Below are positions 17,374 through 25,557 of a stretch of DNA of 64,000 nucleotides, in pieces. Made by a program: the position numbers and the translations under genes. Positions within the stretch are counted from its first letter, which is position 1, and every line of letters starts with the position of its first letter. Source of the DNA: Acidobacteriota bacterium (lineage in GTDB: Bacteria > Acidobacteriota > Terriglobia > 20CM-2-55-15). The notes below the pieces were generated by a model. It had not been told where the DNA came from, made no database searches, and worked only from the letters and a program-made list of their open reading frames with translations. The DNA is taken from the NCBI GenBank assembly GCA_022821145.1, contig JAJEEE010000025.1, forward strand, positions 18,050 through 82,049. The letters run 5' to 3'.

Positions 17374-18486
17374 ATGGCCGACCGAGTGATTGTCACTATT
17401 GGCACGCGAAAGGGCGTCTTCGTCGCGGAGGGGGCCCGGCCGAGACGACGGTTCGAGCTGCGCGGACCGTTCGGCCCCGGCATTCCGGTGTATGCGACAC
17501 TGATCGATACGCGCGGCGCGCCACGGATTTACGCCTCGAGCTGCAGCCCGTTCTTCGGGATGAAGCTGCTCCGCTCCAATAACCTCGGGAAGAGCTTCAC
17601 GGAGACGAAGTCGGCGCCGGCCTTTCCGAAGGACGACGGGCGGGCGCTCGCCAACATCTGGTCGCTCGAGGCGGGCAAGAACCGGAGGGAGATTCTGTGC
17701 GGCGTGGAGCCCGCGTCGCTATTCAGGAGCCGCGACAACGGAAACTCCTGGGCGATGGTGCCGGGCATCAGCAACCACGAGCACGCGCGCAAGTGGGAAC
17801 CGGGCGGCGGCGGGCTCTGCCTGCACACCATCGTCCGCGACGGCCAACGCTGGCACCTGGCCATCTCCACCGGCGGCCACTACCTGAGCGAGGACGGAGG
17901 CGAGACGTTCCAAGCGGCCAACACAGGGGTCGGCGCCGGGTTCGCCCCGGACCCGTACCCGGAGTTCGGCCAGTGCGTCCACAAGATCGCGCGTCACGAC
18001 GACGCGCCGGGCCGCCTCTACATGCAAAACCACGGCGGCTGGACCCACTGGAGCGGGCCGGGAGGGCCGCGTCCGGACATCGGCGTGCTGCGGAGCGACG
18101 ACTACGGCCGGTCCTGGCGCTCGATCGCCCGCGGGCTGCCGTCGGACTTCGGGTTCCCCATCGTGGTCCACCCCCAAGACGCCGATACGGTTTACGTGGT
18201 GCCGCTCGAGCCGGAGACCCGCACGTGTCCCGGGGGCGCCCCCGCCGTGTGGCGCAGCGAGAACGGCGGCGGCTCCTGGCGCCGGCTGGCTCAGGGGTTC
18301 CCGCGGAAGCGGAGCTACTTCACCGTCCTGCGCGACGCCATGGACATCGACCGCGCGAGGACGCCGGCGCTCTACATGGGAACGACGACGGGCCAGCTGT
18401 GGATCGGACGGGAAGGCGGCGAGCAGTGGGACTGCCTCTTCGACTCGCTGCCGCCGATCCACAACGTCAAGGTTGCCATCGCCTGA
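17374..18486 (+). CDS. BNR/Asp-box repeat protein (sialidase/Ycf48-like beta-propeller)
   Basis: 370 aa with repeated SxDxGxxW boxes (SRDNGNSWAMV, SEDGGETFQAA, SDDYGRSWRSIA, SENGGGSWRRLA). Confidence 0.7.
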   Translation: MADRVIVTIGTRKGVFVAEGARPRRRFELRGPFGPGIPVYATLIDTRGAPRIYASSCSPFFGMKLLRSNNLGKSFTETKSAPAFPKDDGRALANIWSLEAGKNRREILCGVEPASLFRSRDNGNSWAMVPGISNHEHARKWEPGGGGLCLHTIVRDGQRWHLAISTGGHYLSEDGGETFQAANTGVGAGFAPDPYPEFGQCVHKIARHDDAPGRLYMQNHGGWTHWSGPGGPRPDIGVLRSDDYGRSWRSIARGLPSDFGFPIVVHPQDADTVYVVPLEPETRTCPGGAPAVWRSENGGGSWRRLAQGFPRKRSYFTVLRDAMDIDRARTPALYMGTTTGQLWIGREGGEQWDCLFDSLPPIHNVKVAIA

Positions 18487-18540
18487 TCGAGCCGGGCGAG
18501 CAGTCGGAGGCCGGCGCTCGTCGGGCCCGGCTTGCTGCGG

Positions 18541-19698
18541 CTACAAGTGAAGATCGGTCTCCAGGCGTGACGCCGACACGGCGCGCACCTTGGAATCCAG
18601 CCGGTAGGACTCCGGACCGGCGTGCACCACGACGACCTCGGCGAGTTCGAGGTCCGCGAGCGCCGTACGAATCGAGCGCGTCACCTTCGGGACTGTCGTG
18701 CGCTTGATCTCGATGCCGATGCGCCGCCGTCCGCGAGCGACAAGCAGATCGATCTCCGCGCCGGTGTGCGCCGCCCAGAAACGGGTCTGCTCCTCCGGCA
18801 GGCCGAACCGGTCGACGATGTTCTCGAGCAGAAAACCCTCCCACGATGCCCCCGACTTCGGGTGCGACTCCAGGGCGCCCATGTCGGCGATACCCAGCAG
18901 GGCGTGCAGCACACCCGTGTCGCGCAGGTAGATCTTCGGGGCCTTGACCTGCCGTTTGGCGACGTTCGCATGGCTCGGCTGGAGTTGCCGGACGACCAGC
19001 GCGCCGGTCAACAGGTCGAGATAGCGGCGGACCGTCGTGTCGGACACGCCGAACGACCGTGCGAACTCCGACGAGTTCCAGGTCTGTCCGTGCCAATGGG
19101 CGAGCATCGTCCAGAACCGGCGCAGCGCAGGCGCGGGTACGCGCACGCCCAACGCCGGAACGTCGCGTTCCAGGAACGTGCGGATGAAGCTCTCGAGCCA
19201 CAGAAAGGCCGCCGCGTTCGATCGGGCCAGCCACGACGGGGGAAATCCGCCGCGCAACCAGCGCTTGTCCATCCGGCCGGCCCCAATCTCGTGCAGGCCG
19301 AGTCCGCCGAGGTGGTAGTAGTGGATCCGTCCGGCCAACGACTCGGACGACTGCCGGATAAGATCCGGCGAGGCGCTTCCCAGCACCAGGAACCGCGCCG
19401 GCCGCGGCTTCCGATCGGCGAGCACGCGCAACACGGGAAACAGGTCCGGACGGCGCTGGACCTCGTCGATGACGACCAGACCGCGCAGGTCCCCGAGGAC
19501 CAGAACCGGGTCTTCGAGCAAACGGCCGAGGTCGGCCGGGTGCTCCAGATCCAACCGGTGCACGGGGCCCGGATGGGCCCCGGCGACCAACTGCGCCAGC
19601 GTCGTCTTGCCGATTTGCCTCGGCCCCAGGATGGCCACGACGGGAAACATCCGCAACCGTTGCCGAACGGTGCGCACGTGGTCGGTGCGAGGGATCAT
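18541..19698 (-). CDS. AAA+ ATPase, AAA_14/DUF4143 family
   Basis: Walker A GPRQIGKTT and Walker B VVIDEVQ. C-terminal DUF4143-like region. Confidence 0.8.
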   Translation of the reverse strand: MIPRTDHVRTVRQRLRMFPVVAILGPRQIGKTTLAQLVAGAHPGPVHRLDLEHPADLGRLLEDPVLVLGDLRGLVVIDEVQRRPDLFPVLRVLADRKPRPARFLVLGSASPDLIRQSSESLAGRIHYYHLGGLGLHEIGAGRMDKRWLRGGFPPSWLARSNAAAFLWLESFIRTFLERDVPALGVRVPAPALRRFWTMLAHWHGQTWNSSEFARSFGVSDTTVRRYLDLLTGALVVRQLQPSHANVAKRQVKAPKIYLRDTGVLHALLGIADMGALESHPKSGASWEGFLLENIVDRFGLPEEQTRFWAAHTGAEIDLLVARGRRRIGIEIKRTTVPKVTRSIRTALADLELAEVVVVHAGPESYRLDSKVRAVSASRLETDLHL

Positions 19699-19743
19699 CG
19701 GCCGTCATTGTACCAGGAAATCTCGGCGGTAGACGCCGAGATT

Positions 19744-20988
19744 TCACGGTTTCGGTGCGGCGCGGCCCGACGCGCCGAGCTGCTGGAAGTCCGCGCCCGA
19801 CGGCGCCTGGAAGACGCGGAGCCCGAACTCGGGAACGATCGACAGGACGTGGTCGAAGATGTCCGACTGGATGTCCTCGTACTCCGACCAGCCGGTGACG
19901 TTCGTGAAAAGGTAGAGCTGGATGGGAAGGCCCTCGGGCGTGGGATCGAGCTGCCGGATGATCAGCGTCATGCCCTGATGGACCTTGGGGTGCCGGCGCA
20001 GGTAGGCCAGCAGGTAGGCCCGGAACGTGCCCACGTTCGTCATCCGGCGGGCGTTCACCACGAGGTCGGGATCGTCGGCGTGCTCGGCGTTGTAATCGGC
20101 CAACTCCTTGCGCTTCCCTCGGACATAGTCTCGGAGCACGGCGAAGTTCTCGAACCGGTCCAGATCGTCGTCGTTCAGGAAACGGATCGAGGCCATGTCG
20201 ATGAAGACCGAACGGCTGATCCGCCGCCCGCCCGACTCCTCCATTCCCCGCCAGTTCTTGAACGGCTGCTCGATCAGCTTGTGGGTCGGGATCGACGTGA
20301 TGGTCTTGTTGAAGTTCTGGACCTTGATCGTGTGGAGGCTCAGCTCGATGACGTCGCCGTCGGCGCCGTACTGCGGCATCTCGATCCAGTCTCCGACGCG
20401 GACCATGTCGTAGCTGGCCATCTGCAGGCTCGCCACGAAGGAGAGGATCGTGTCGCGGAAGACCAGCAACATGACCGCCATCAGCGCGCCCAGCCCGCCC
20501 AGCAGGACCACCGGGCTCTGTCCGATGAGCACGGCGACGGCGACGACTGCGCCCACGACGTAGACGGCGATCTTCGTCACCTGGACGTAGGCTTCGATCG
20601 GGCGGCCCTCGGCGATCGCGCTTCGGGCGTAGTACTTCTCGACCGCGGTCAGGAACACCGTGACGGCTGACACGAAGACGAGCACGATCGCGGCCGCCGC
20701 CGCCTGCTGGACGCGCCGGTCGACGACGTCCTCGGATCCCGGGATGGCCAGGATGCCGAAATAGACGACGAAGGCCGGCGCGACGTGCGCCAGCCGACCG
20801 AAGACGTTGTGCTCGACGAGGGTGTCGTCGAACTGGCCTTTCGTTTCCCGGGCCACCCGGCGGACGAACCTCAGGAACACGCGCTTGGCGACCTTGTCGG
20901 CTACCCAGGCCGCGATGAGGAGAATCCCCAACCCGATCAGCGTCTCGACGAAGGGGTACTGGTTCAGGAACTGCGAAACACCGGCCAT
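19744..20988 (-). CDS. mechanosensitive ion channel, MscS family
   Basis: 414 aa from MAGVSQFLNQ. N-terminal TM helices. MscS core (VGDWIEMPQYGADGDVIELSLHTIKVQNFNKTITSIPT). Confidence 0.8.
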   Translation of the reverse strand: MAGVSQFLNQYPFVETLIGLGILLIAAWVADKVAKRVFLRFVRRVARETKGQFDDTLVEHNVFGRLAHVAPAFVVYFGILAIPGSEDVVDRRVQQAAAAAIVLVFVSAVTVFLTAVEKYYARSAIAEGRPIEAYVQVTKIAVYVVGAVVAVAVLIGQSPVVLLGGLGALMAVMLLVFRDTILSFVASLQMASYDMVRVGDWIEMPQYGADGDVIELSLHTIKVQNFNKTITSIPTHKLIEQPFKNWRGMEESGGRRISRSVFIDMASIRFLNDDDLDRFENFAVLRDYVRGKRKELADYNAEHADDPDLVVNARRMTNVGTFRAYLLAYLRRHPKVHQGMTLIIRQLDPTPEGLPIQLYLFTNVTGWSEYEDIQSDIFDHVLSIVPEFGLRVFQAPSGADFQQLGASGRAAPKP

Positions 20989-21159
20989 GACCGCCCAACA
21001 GTGTACACGGAACGGCCCGGGGGCCGGGCAGGACGCCCGTCGGGCCGCCCGTGGCCTGCCAGGGCTGGGTTTCGACCCGGGATTCCCTTGCCATCCGGTG
21101 CGCGGCGACGCGGTACACTTCGATGGACCGACTCTCGCACTGAAGGGGATCCGTTCGAT

Positions 21160-21786
21160 ATGGGCGCAAACGACGAACTGTACGGCTTCGTGAAGGAGGC
21201 GATGGCGCGCGGCGCGGCGCTGGAGCAGATTCGCGGCGCCCTCGTGGACGCGGGATGGGACGAGTCCCGTGTCCGGCAGGCCCTGGCGGCCTATGACGAG
21301 GGCGCGCTCGGAATTCCGGTGCCGCGGCCCCGGCCGTCCGAGGCGCGAGAGGCTCTCGTGTATCTGGTCCTGTTCGCCACCATATACTTGAGCGCGTTCA
21401 ACCTGGGCAACGTGGCTTTCCAACTCGTCAACCGCGGCTTTCCCGTGGCCGGCCAATCGGACGTCCAGGTCGACGACGCGATTCGGTTGTCGGCCTCCAT
21501 TCTCGTCGTCTCGCTGCCCGTGTTCCTGGTGCTGACGCGCGCGACCCGGCGCGCGGTCGAACGCGACCCGTCGCGCCGGGCATCGGCCATGCGCCGGTGG
21601 CTGACATCCCTGACGCTGGCCGTATCGTCGTTCGCGTGTCTGGGGGTCTTCAGCACGATCGTGTACAACTTCCTCGGCGACGCCCTGACGGCGCGTTTCG
21701 TCCTGAAGGCGCTTTCGGCCGGGATCATCGCCGCCGGCGTGTTCGCCTACTATCTGCGGGACATCCGCGAGGACGCCGCGCCCTGA
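21160..21786 (+). CDS. hypothetical membrane protein
   Basis: 208 aa. N-terminal soluble segment then about 4 hydrophobic helices. AAGGGG RBS. Confidence 0.45.
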   Translation: MGANDELYGFVKEAMARGAALEQIRGALVDAGWDESRVRQALAAYDEGALGIPVPRPRPSEAREALVYLVLFATIYLSAFNLGNVAFQLVNRGFPVAGQSDVQVDDAIRLSASILVVSLPVFLVLTRATRRAVERDPSRRASAMRRWLTSLTLAVSSFACLGVFSTIVYNFLGDALTARFVLKALSAGIIAAGVFAYYLRDIREDAAP

Positions 21787-21857
21787 GTCCCCGCGAATGC
21801 GAACTGCCGCCCGGACCGTTTCCCGGGGGTGTAGAATTGAGCGCCACGGGAGGCGTT

Positions 21858-22232
21858 ATGTCACGGCTATATTTCTTGGTCCCGATTGCCTTCGCGGTCG
21901 GGATGACCGCGGAGGCGGCGCATCACTCGATCGCCGCCGAATTCGACGCGGAGGATCCGATCACGCTCGTCGGCACGATTCGCGAAGTCGTCTGGATGAG
22001 CCCGCACATCAGCGTCTTCGTCGACGTGACGCAGGACGGCGGCGAGGTCCGGACGTACGAAGTGCAGGGCGGACCGCCGAATCGGCTCTACCGGAACGGC
22101 TCCCGGTCCACGGACCTGATGCCGGGCGACGCGGTCGTCGTCGAAGGCGCGCGCGCCCGGAACCCGGACAGCCTCCGCGTGGGCGAGGGCGAGTTCCACA
22201 AGCCCGACGGCACGCCGGTATGGGCGGACTGA
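21858..22232 (+). CDS. small secreted protein, family A paralog (A2)
   Basis: 124 aa. GGGAGG RBS. MSRLYFLVPIAFAVGMTAEAA|HHSIAAEFDAEDPITLVGTIREVVWMSPH aligns with 7406-7828. Its stop overlaps the next ATG (TGATG). Confidence 0.55.
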   Translation: MSRLYFLVPIAFAVGMTAEAAHHSIAAEFDAEDPITLVGTIREVVWMSPHISVFVDVTQDGGEVRTYEVQGGPPNRLYRNGSRSTDLMPGDAVVVEGARARNPDSLRVGEGEFHKPDGTPVWAD

Positions 22233-22996
22233 TGCGGCCGCGGATCGCCCGGGCGCTTTTCGCCGTCTTCTTCGTCTCTTCGCTCGCGTCCGCCCAGGAC
22301 GCCGGCGACGCCATTCCGCGCCTGCCCGACGGAAAGCCGAGCATGGCCGGGTTCTGGGGGCAGGTCCGCCGCGCCGACGTGACCGACTCCCGAATTCCGG
22401 GATATGTCGAAGAGCTGCCGTTCAGCGAATGGGGGCTCGAGCAATGGGAAAACTACGACCGGACCGATCCGGAACAGGGCGACTACGCGGGCAGTTGCAT
22501 GCCGTTCGGAATCTCCCGCACCGTTTTCGGCCCTCAACCGATCGCCATCGTGCAGGATGACGACCACCTGGTCTTCCTGGCCGAGCAGAACTCCTGGTTT
22601 CACATGGTTCCGACCGACGGCCGCGGTTACGATCCCGAGCTTCCGCCGTCGTGGTGGGGCGATTCGGTCGGACGCTGGGACGGCGACACCCTGATCGTCG
22701 AGACGCGCAACCTGAACGGCTACGCCAAGGTCGACACGATCGGACATCCCATCAGCAGCCTGGCGACCATCATCCAGACCTTCGAGCGCGTCGACGCCGA
22801 AACCATCGAGCACACGTACACGCTCGACGACCCGGGGGCCTACACCGAGCCCTGGACCGTGCGCAACACGTGGAGACACCACCCACCGGGTTTCCGGATG
22901 ATGGAATACTCCTGCATGGAGAACAACCTGACCGGGTTGACGGGAGGCACGCTCATTCCGTGGAAGCGGCCCACCGAGACCCGGCCCCCGGACTAA
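22232..22996 (+). CDS. secreted protein, family B paralog (B3)
   Basis: 254 aa. Signal MRPRIARALFAVFFVSSLASA. Motifs IPRLPDGKP, WDGDTLIVET and DDPGAYTEPWT. Confidence 0.65.
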   Translation: MRPRIARALFAVFFVSSLASAQDAGDAIPRLPDGKPSMAGFWGQVRRADVTDSRIPGYVEELPFSEWGLEQWENYDRTDPEQGDYAGSCMPFGISRTVFGPQPIAIVQDDDHLVFLAEQNSWFHMVPTDGRGYDPELPPSWWGDSVGRWDGDTLIVETRNLNGYAKVDTIGHPISSLATIIQTFERVDAETIEHTYTLDDPGAYTEPWTVRNTWRHHPPGFRMMEYSCMENNLTGLTGGTLIPWKRPTETRPPD

Positions 22997-23025
22997 CCGC
23001 ACGCCGCCGCGCCGCAGGAGGCCCC

Positions 23026-24522
23026 ATGCGTATTTTCACGCCGCTCGTCATCGTCGCGATCGCACTGCCCGCCGCCGGCGCCGCGCCGTTGCAGATCACG
23101 GAAAATCCCCTGCCGGAACCCGTGGAGATGCACGGCCTGCGCGCCGAAGTTCGCCAACTCGCGCGGCTGCCCGAAACCCAGGGACGTCTGCCCGAGGACC
23201 GGGACGCGGCCGGTTTCGCGCGCGTCAGCTTCGTCCGCGACGCCCCGGACGGCCGGCGCTTCGTCAACGACTCGCGCGGATACCTGTACATCCTGGACGC
23301 GGACGACCGGTTGACGCTCTACCTGGACTTCGCCGAAGCCTTGCCGTTCACGGCCTACAACCGGCTCGAGAGCGGGTTCATCGGCTTCGATTTCCACCCG
23401 GAATTCGCCGCGACCGGACTGTTCTATACGGTCCACGGCGAGTACGCGCCCGACAACCCCGCCCGGCCCGACTTCATTCCGCCCGGGTTCACCCTCGACG
23501 ACGCCACCTACTACAACGTCATCACCGAGTGGCGCGCCTCATCGCCCGCGGCCGACGCCTTCGATGGAACCCGCCGCGAACTCCTCCGAGTCGCCCACGT
23601 CGTCGACAGCCTGACCCATCCCTTCGGCTACGTCGGTTTCAATCCGACCGCGACGCCGGGCGACGCCGATTACGGGTTGCTCTACACCAGCGGCAGCGAC
23701 ATCGGTTTCAGCAACGGGGCCGGTCCGAATGCCCCAAGGGCTGGACAGTTGCAGCGGCTGGACTCCGTGGTCGGAGCGATACTTCGCATCGATCCGCGCA
23801 GCCCGTCCGAGTCGGGAGGCCAGAAGGGACTCGGGGATTACACGATCCCTCCCGACAACCGTTTCGCGTCGGACGGCGACGCCGAGACGCTGGGCGAGAT
23901 CTACGCACACGGTTTCCGCAATGCGCACCGGCTGTCATGGGACGCCGAGGACGGAACGCTGTTCGCCACCGACATCGGGATGAACCACATCGAGGAGGTC
24001 AACATCGTCCGCAACGGCGAGAACTACGGCTGGATGCAGCGCGAGGGGTTCTTCGACAACGGCATCAACTTCCCGGGCGGCGAGCTCGACCAGCTGTATC
24101 TCCTGCCCCCGGATGTGCTGACGGGCGAGACCGAGGACGGGTTCACGTATCCGGTGGCGATCTACGATCACGACGAAGGCCGCGCCATATCGGGCGGGTT
24201 CGCCTACCGCGGCGCGATCGAAGCCCTGCGCGGCAAGTTCGTTTTCGGCGACATCCGCCTGGGACGGATCTTCGCGGCCGACCTGGAAGCGATGAAGGCG
24301 GCCGACGACGGCGTCCCCACGACGGTCGCGCCCGTCGAGGAAGTCCAACTCTTCGTGCGGGACTCGGACGGCCGGGAACGGGACGTCACGTTCATGGAGC
24401 TGGTGGAGGAAACCAACGGCGCCCCCGTCGAGCGGACCGACCTGCACATCAGCCAGAGCGGAGACGGCGAGCTGTTCCTGACGTCGAGACAGGACGGCAC
24501 GGTCCGCATGCTCGTCCCGTAG
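23026..24522 (+). CDS. PQQ-dependent sugar dehydrogenase-like beta-propeller (SGDH family)
   Basis: 498 aa. AGGAGG RBS. Signal peptide. Motifs HGFRNAHRLSWDAEDGTLFATDIG and GENYGWMQ. Confidence 0.75.
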   Translation: MRIFTPLVIVAIALPAAGAAPLQITENPLPEPVEMHGLRAEVRQLARLPETQGRLPEDRDAAGFARVSFVRDAPDGRRFVNDSRGYLYILDADDRLTLYLDFAEALPFTAYNRLESGFIGFDFHPEFAATGLFYTVHGEYAPDNPARPDFIPPGFTLDDATYYNVITEWRASSPAADAFDGTRRELLRVAHVVDSLTHPFGYVGFNPTATPGDADYGLLYTSGSDIGFSNGAGPNAPRAGQLQRLDSVVGAILRIDPRSPSESGGQKGLGDYTIPPDNRFASDGDAETLGEIYAHGFRNAHRLSWDAEDGTLFATDIGMNHIEEVNIVRNGENYGWMQREGFFDNGINFPGGELDQLYLLPPDVLTGETEDGFTYPVAIYDHDEGRAISGGFAYRGAIEALRGKFVFGDIRLGRIFAADLEAMKAADDGVPTTVAPVEEVQLFVRDSDGRERDVTFMELVEETNGAPVERTDLHISQSGDGELFLTSRQDGTVRMLVP

Positions 24523-24558
24523 TCGGCCGCGTCAACGAACGGACACGGACGAAACGCA

Positions 24559-24729
24559 CTATGGTTTCAACAGGGTGTCCACGTCACGTCCGCCATACAG
24601 GATTCTGAGGAACGTTACCGTATCCGGTCCGACGTGGAAGGCGACGGTCACCCTCCGCTCGAACCCGACGAGGCGGAAGCCAGGAAATAGATCGTTACGG
24701 GCTTCCGGCGCGAAGACGACTTCAGGCAT
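24559..24729 (-). pseudogene. ParE/RelE-family toxin remnant (internally deleted)
   Basis: 56 aa from MPEVVFAPEARNDLF, then ...RRVTVAFHVGPDTVTFLRILYGGRDVDTLL. N- and C-terminal ParE motifs are present but about 35 central residues are absent. No partner antitoxin was found. Confidence 0.3.
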
Positions 24730-24930
24730 CGCTTCCGAGATCTTCCAGCCGCCGGTTGTGAATGTCTCGCAGGACATGAACGACCCGTGGCGTTTCCAGT
24801 CGGGTTCGGTCCGGCAACCCGAACTCGAAGATCGTACCCGGGTACGCCGCCCAATGCCGCCCTTATGCCAAGGCACGGATGTGCCGAGTCCGCAAAATCC
24901 GAAACAGAACCCGCGGTCATGCGGCTCCCG

Positions 24931-25557
24931 TCAGTCGAGTCTCGAAGCGTCGGCCGGAACGAGTACGCCGAACTCGTTCAAGACGCGTTCGGCCCGTCGG
25001 ACGTCTTTGGCAACGAATGCCCGGATGCCGACCTGACGCGCCGATTCGACGTTGAGGGGTTGGTCGTCGATAAACAGTATTTCCGACGGATCGCACTCGA
25101 GCGCGTCGATCGCGTGGTCGAACATTTCCCGGTCCGGCTTGATCTTGCCGATCAGATGCGACGCGAAGTGCCGCTCGAACAATTGGCCGAGTCCCATTTC
25201 GTACAGGAATCGGGGCCAATGAAGGACGTTCGTGTTGCAGAGCGTGGCGCGAATGTAACGGTTGTCGACGCGGCGAACCAACTCCGCCGCCCCGGGCATG
25301 ATTCTACGCGGCCAGCTTTCGAAGGCGGACAGAAACTCCCTGGGGCCCAGCGGCAAGTCGAATTCGTCGATCAGCGCGTCGGCAAACACCTCCGGACTGA
25401 CCCGCCCCGCCTCGAACGCCCGGACGGCGGGAGACGTCAGCCAGCGACGCCATACCTCTTCGGACGTGAGCCGGTTCCCGATCCAGGACTGGAATATCGG
25501 GACGCCGGTCAGTTCGACCAGAATACCGCCGACGTCGAATACTACGGCGCGGATCAA
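24931..25557 (-). CDS. HAD-superfamily hydrolase
   Basis: Probable TTG start overlapping the thrS stop (TTGA). Motif I is RAVVFDVGGIL. About 208 aa. Confidence 0.65.
   Translation of the reverse strand: MIRAVVFDVGGILVELTGVPIFQSWIGNRLTSEEVWRRWLTSPAVRAFEAGRVSPEVFADALIDEFDLPLGPREFLSAFESWPRRIMPGAAELVRRVDNRYIRATLCNTNVLHWPRFLYEMGLGQLFERHFASHLIGKIKPDREMFDHAIDALECDPSEILFIDDQPLNVESARQVGIRAFVAKDVRRAERVLNEFGVLVPADASRLD

Noticed and set aside
18622-20670. 682-aa plus-strand ORF and 900-aa minus-strand ORF (18467-21169)
   Set aside because: Both overlap the well-supported AAA-ATPase and MscS genes in other frames and have compositionally biased, motif-free products.
21061-21093. tRNA-like 3' end (GGGTTTCGACCCGGG ... 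GCCA) in the mscS divergent region
   Set aside because: Acceptor and T-stem pairing fail when folded (G-G mismatches), and the preceding 60 nt form no D or anticodon arms. It is not a tRNA.
22651-24522. 623-aa form of the SGDH-like gene
   Set aside because: The N-terminal 125 codons overlap the B3 gene. An internal ATG at 23026 has an AGGAGG RBS and yields a signal peptide.
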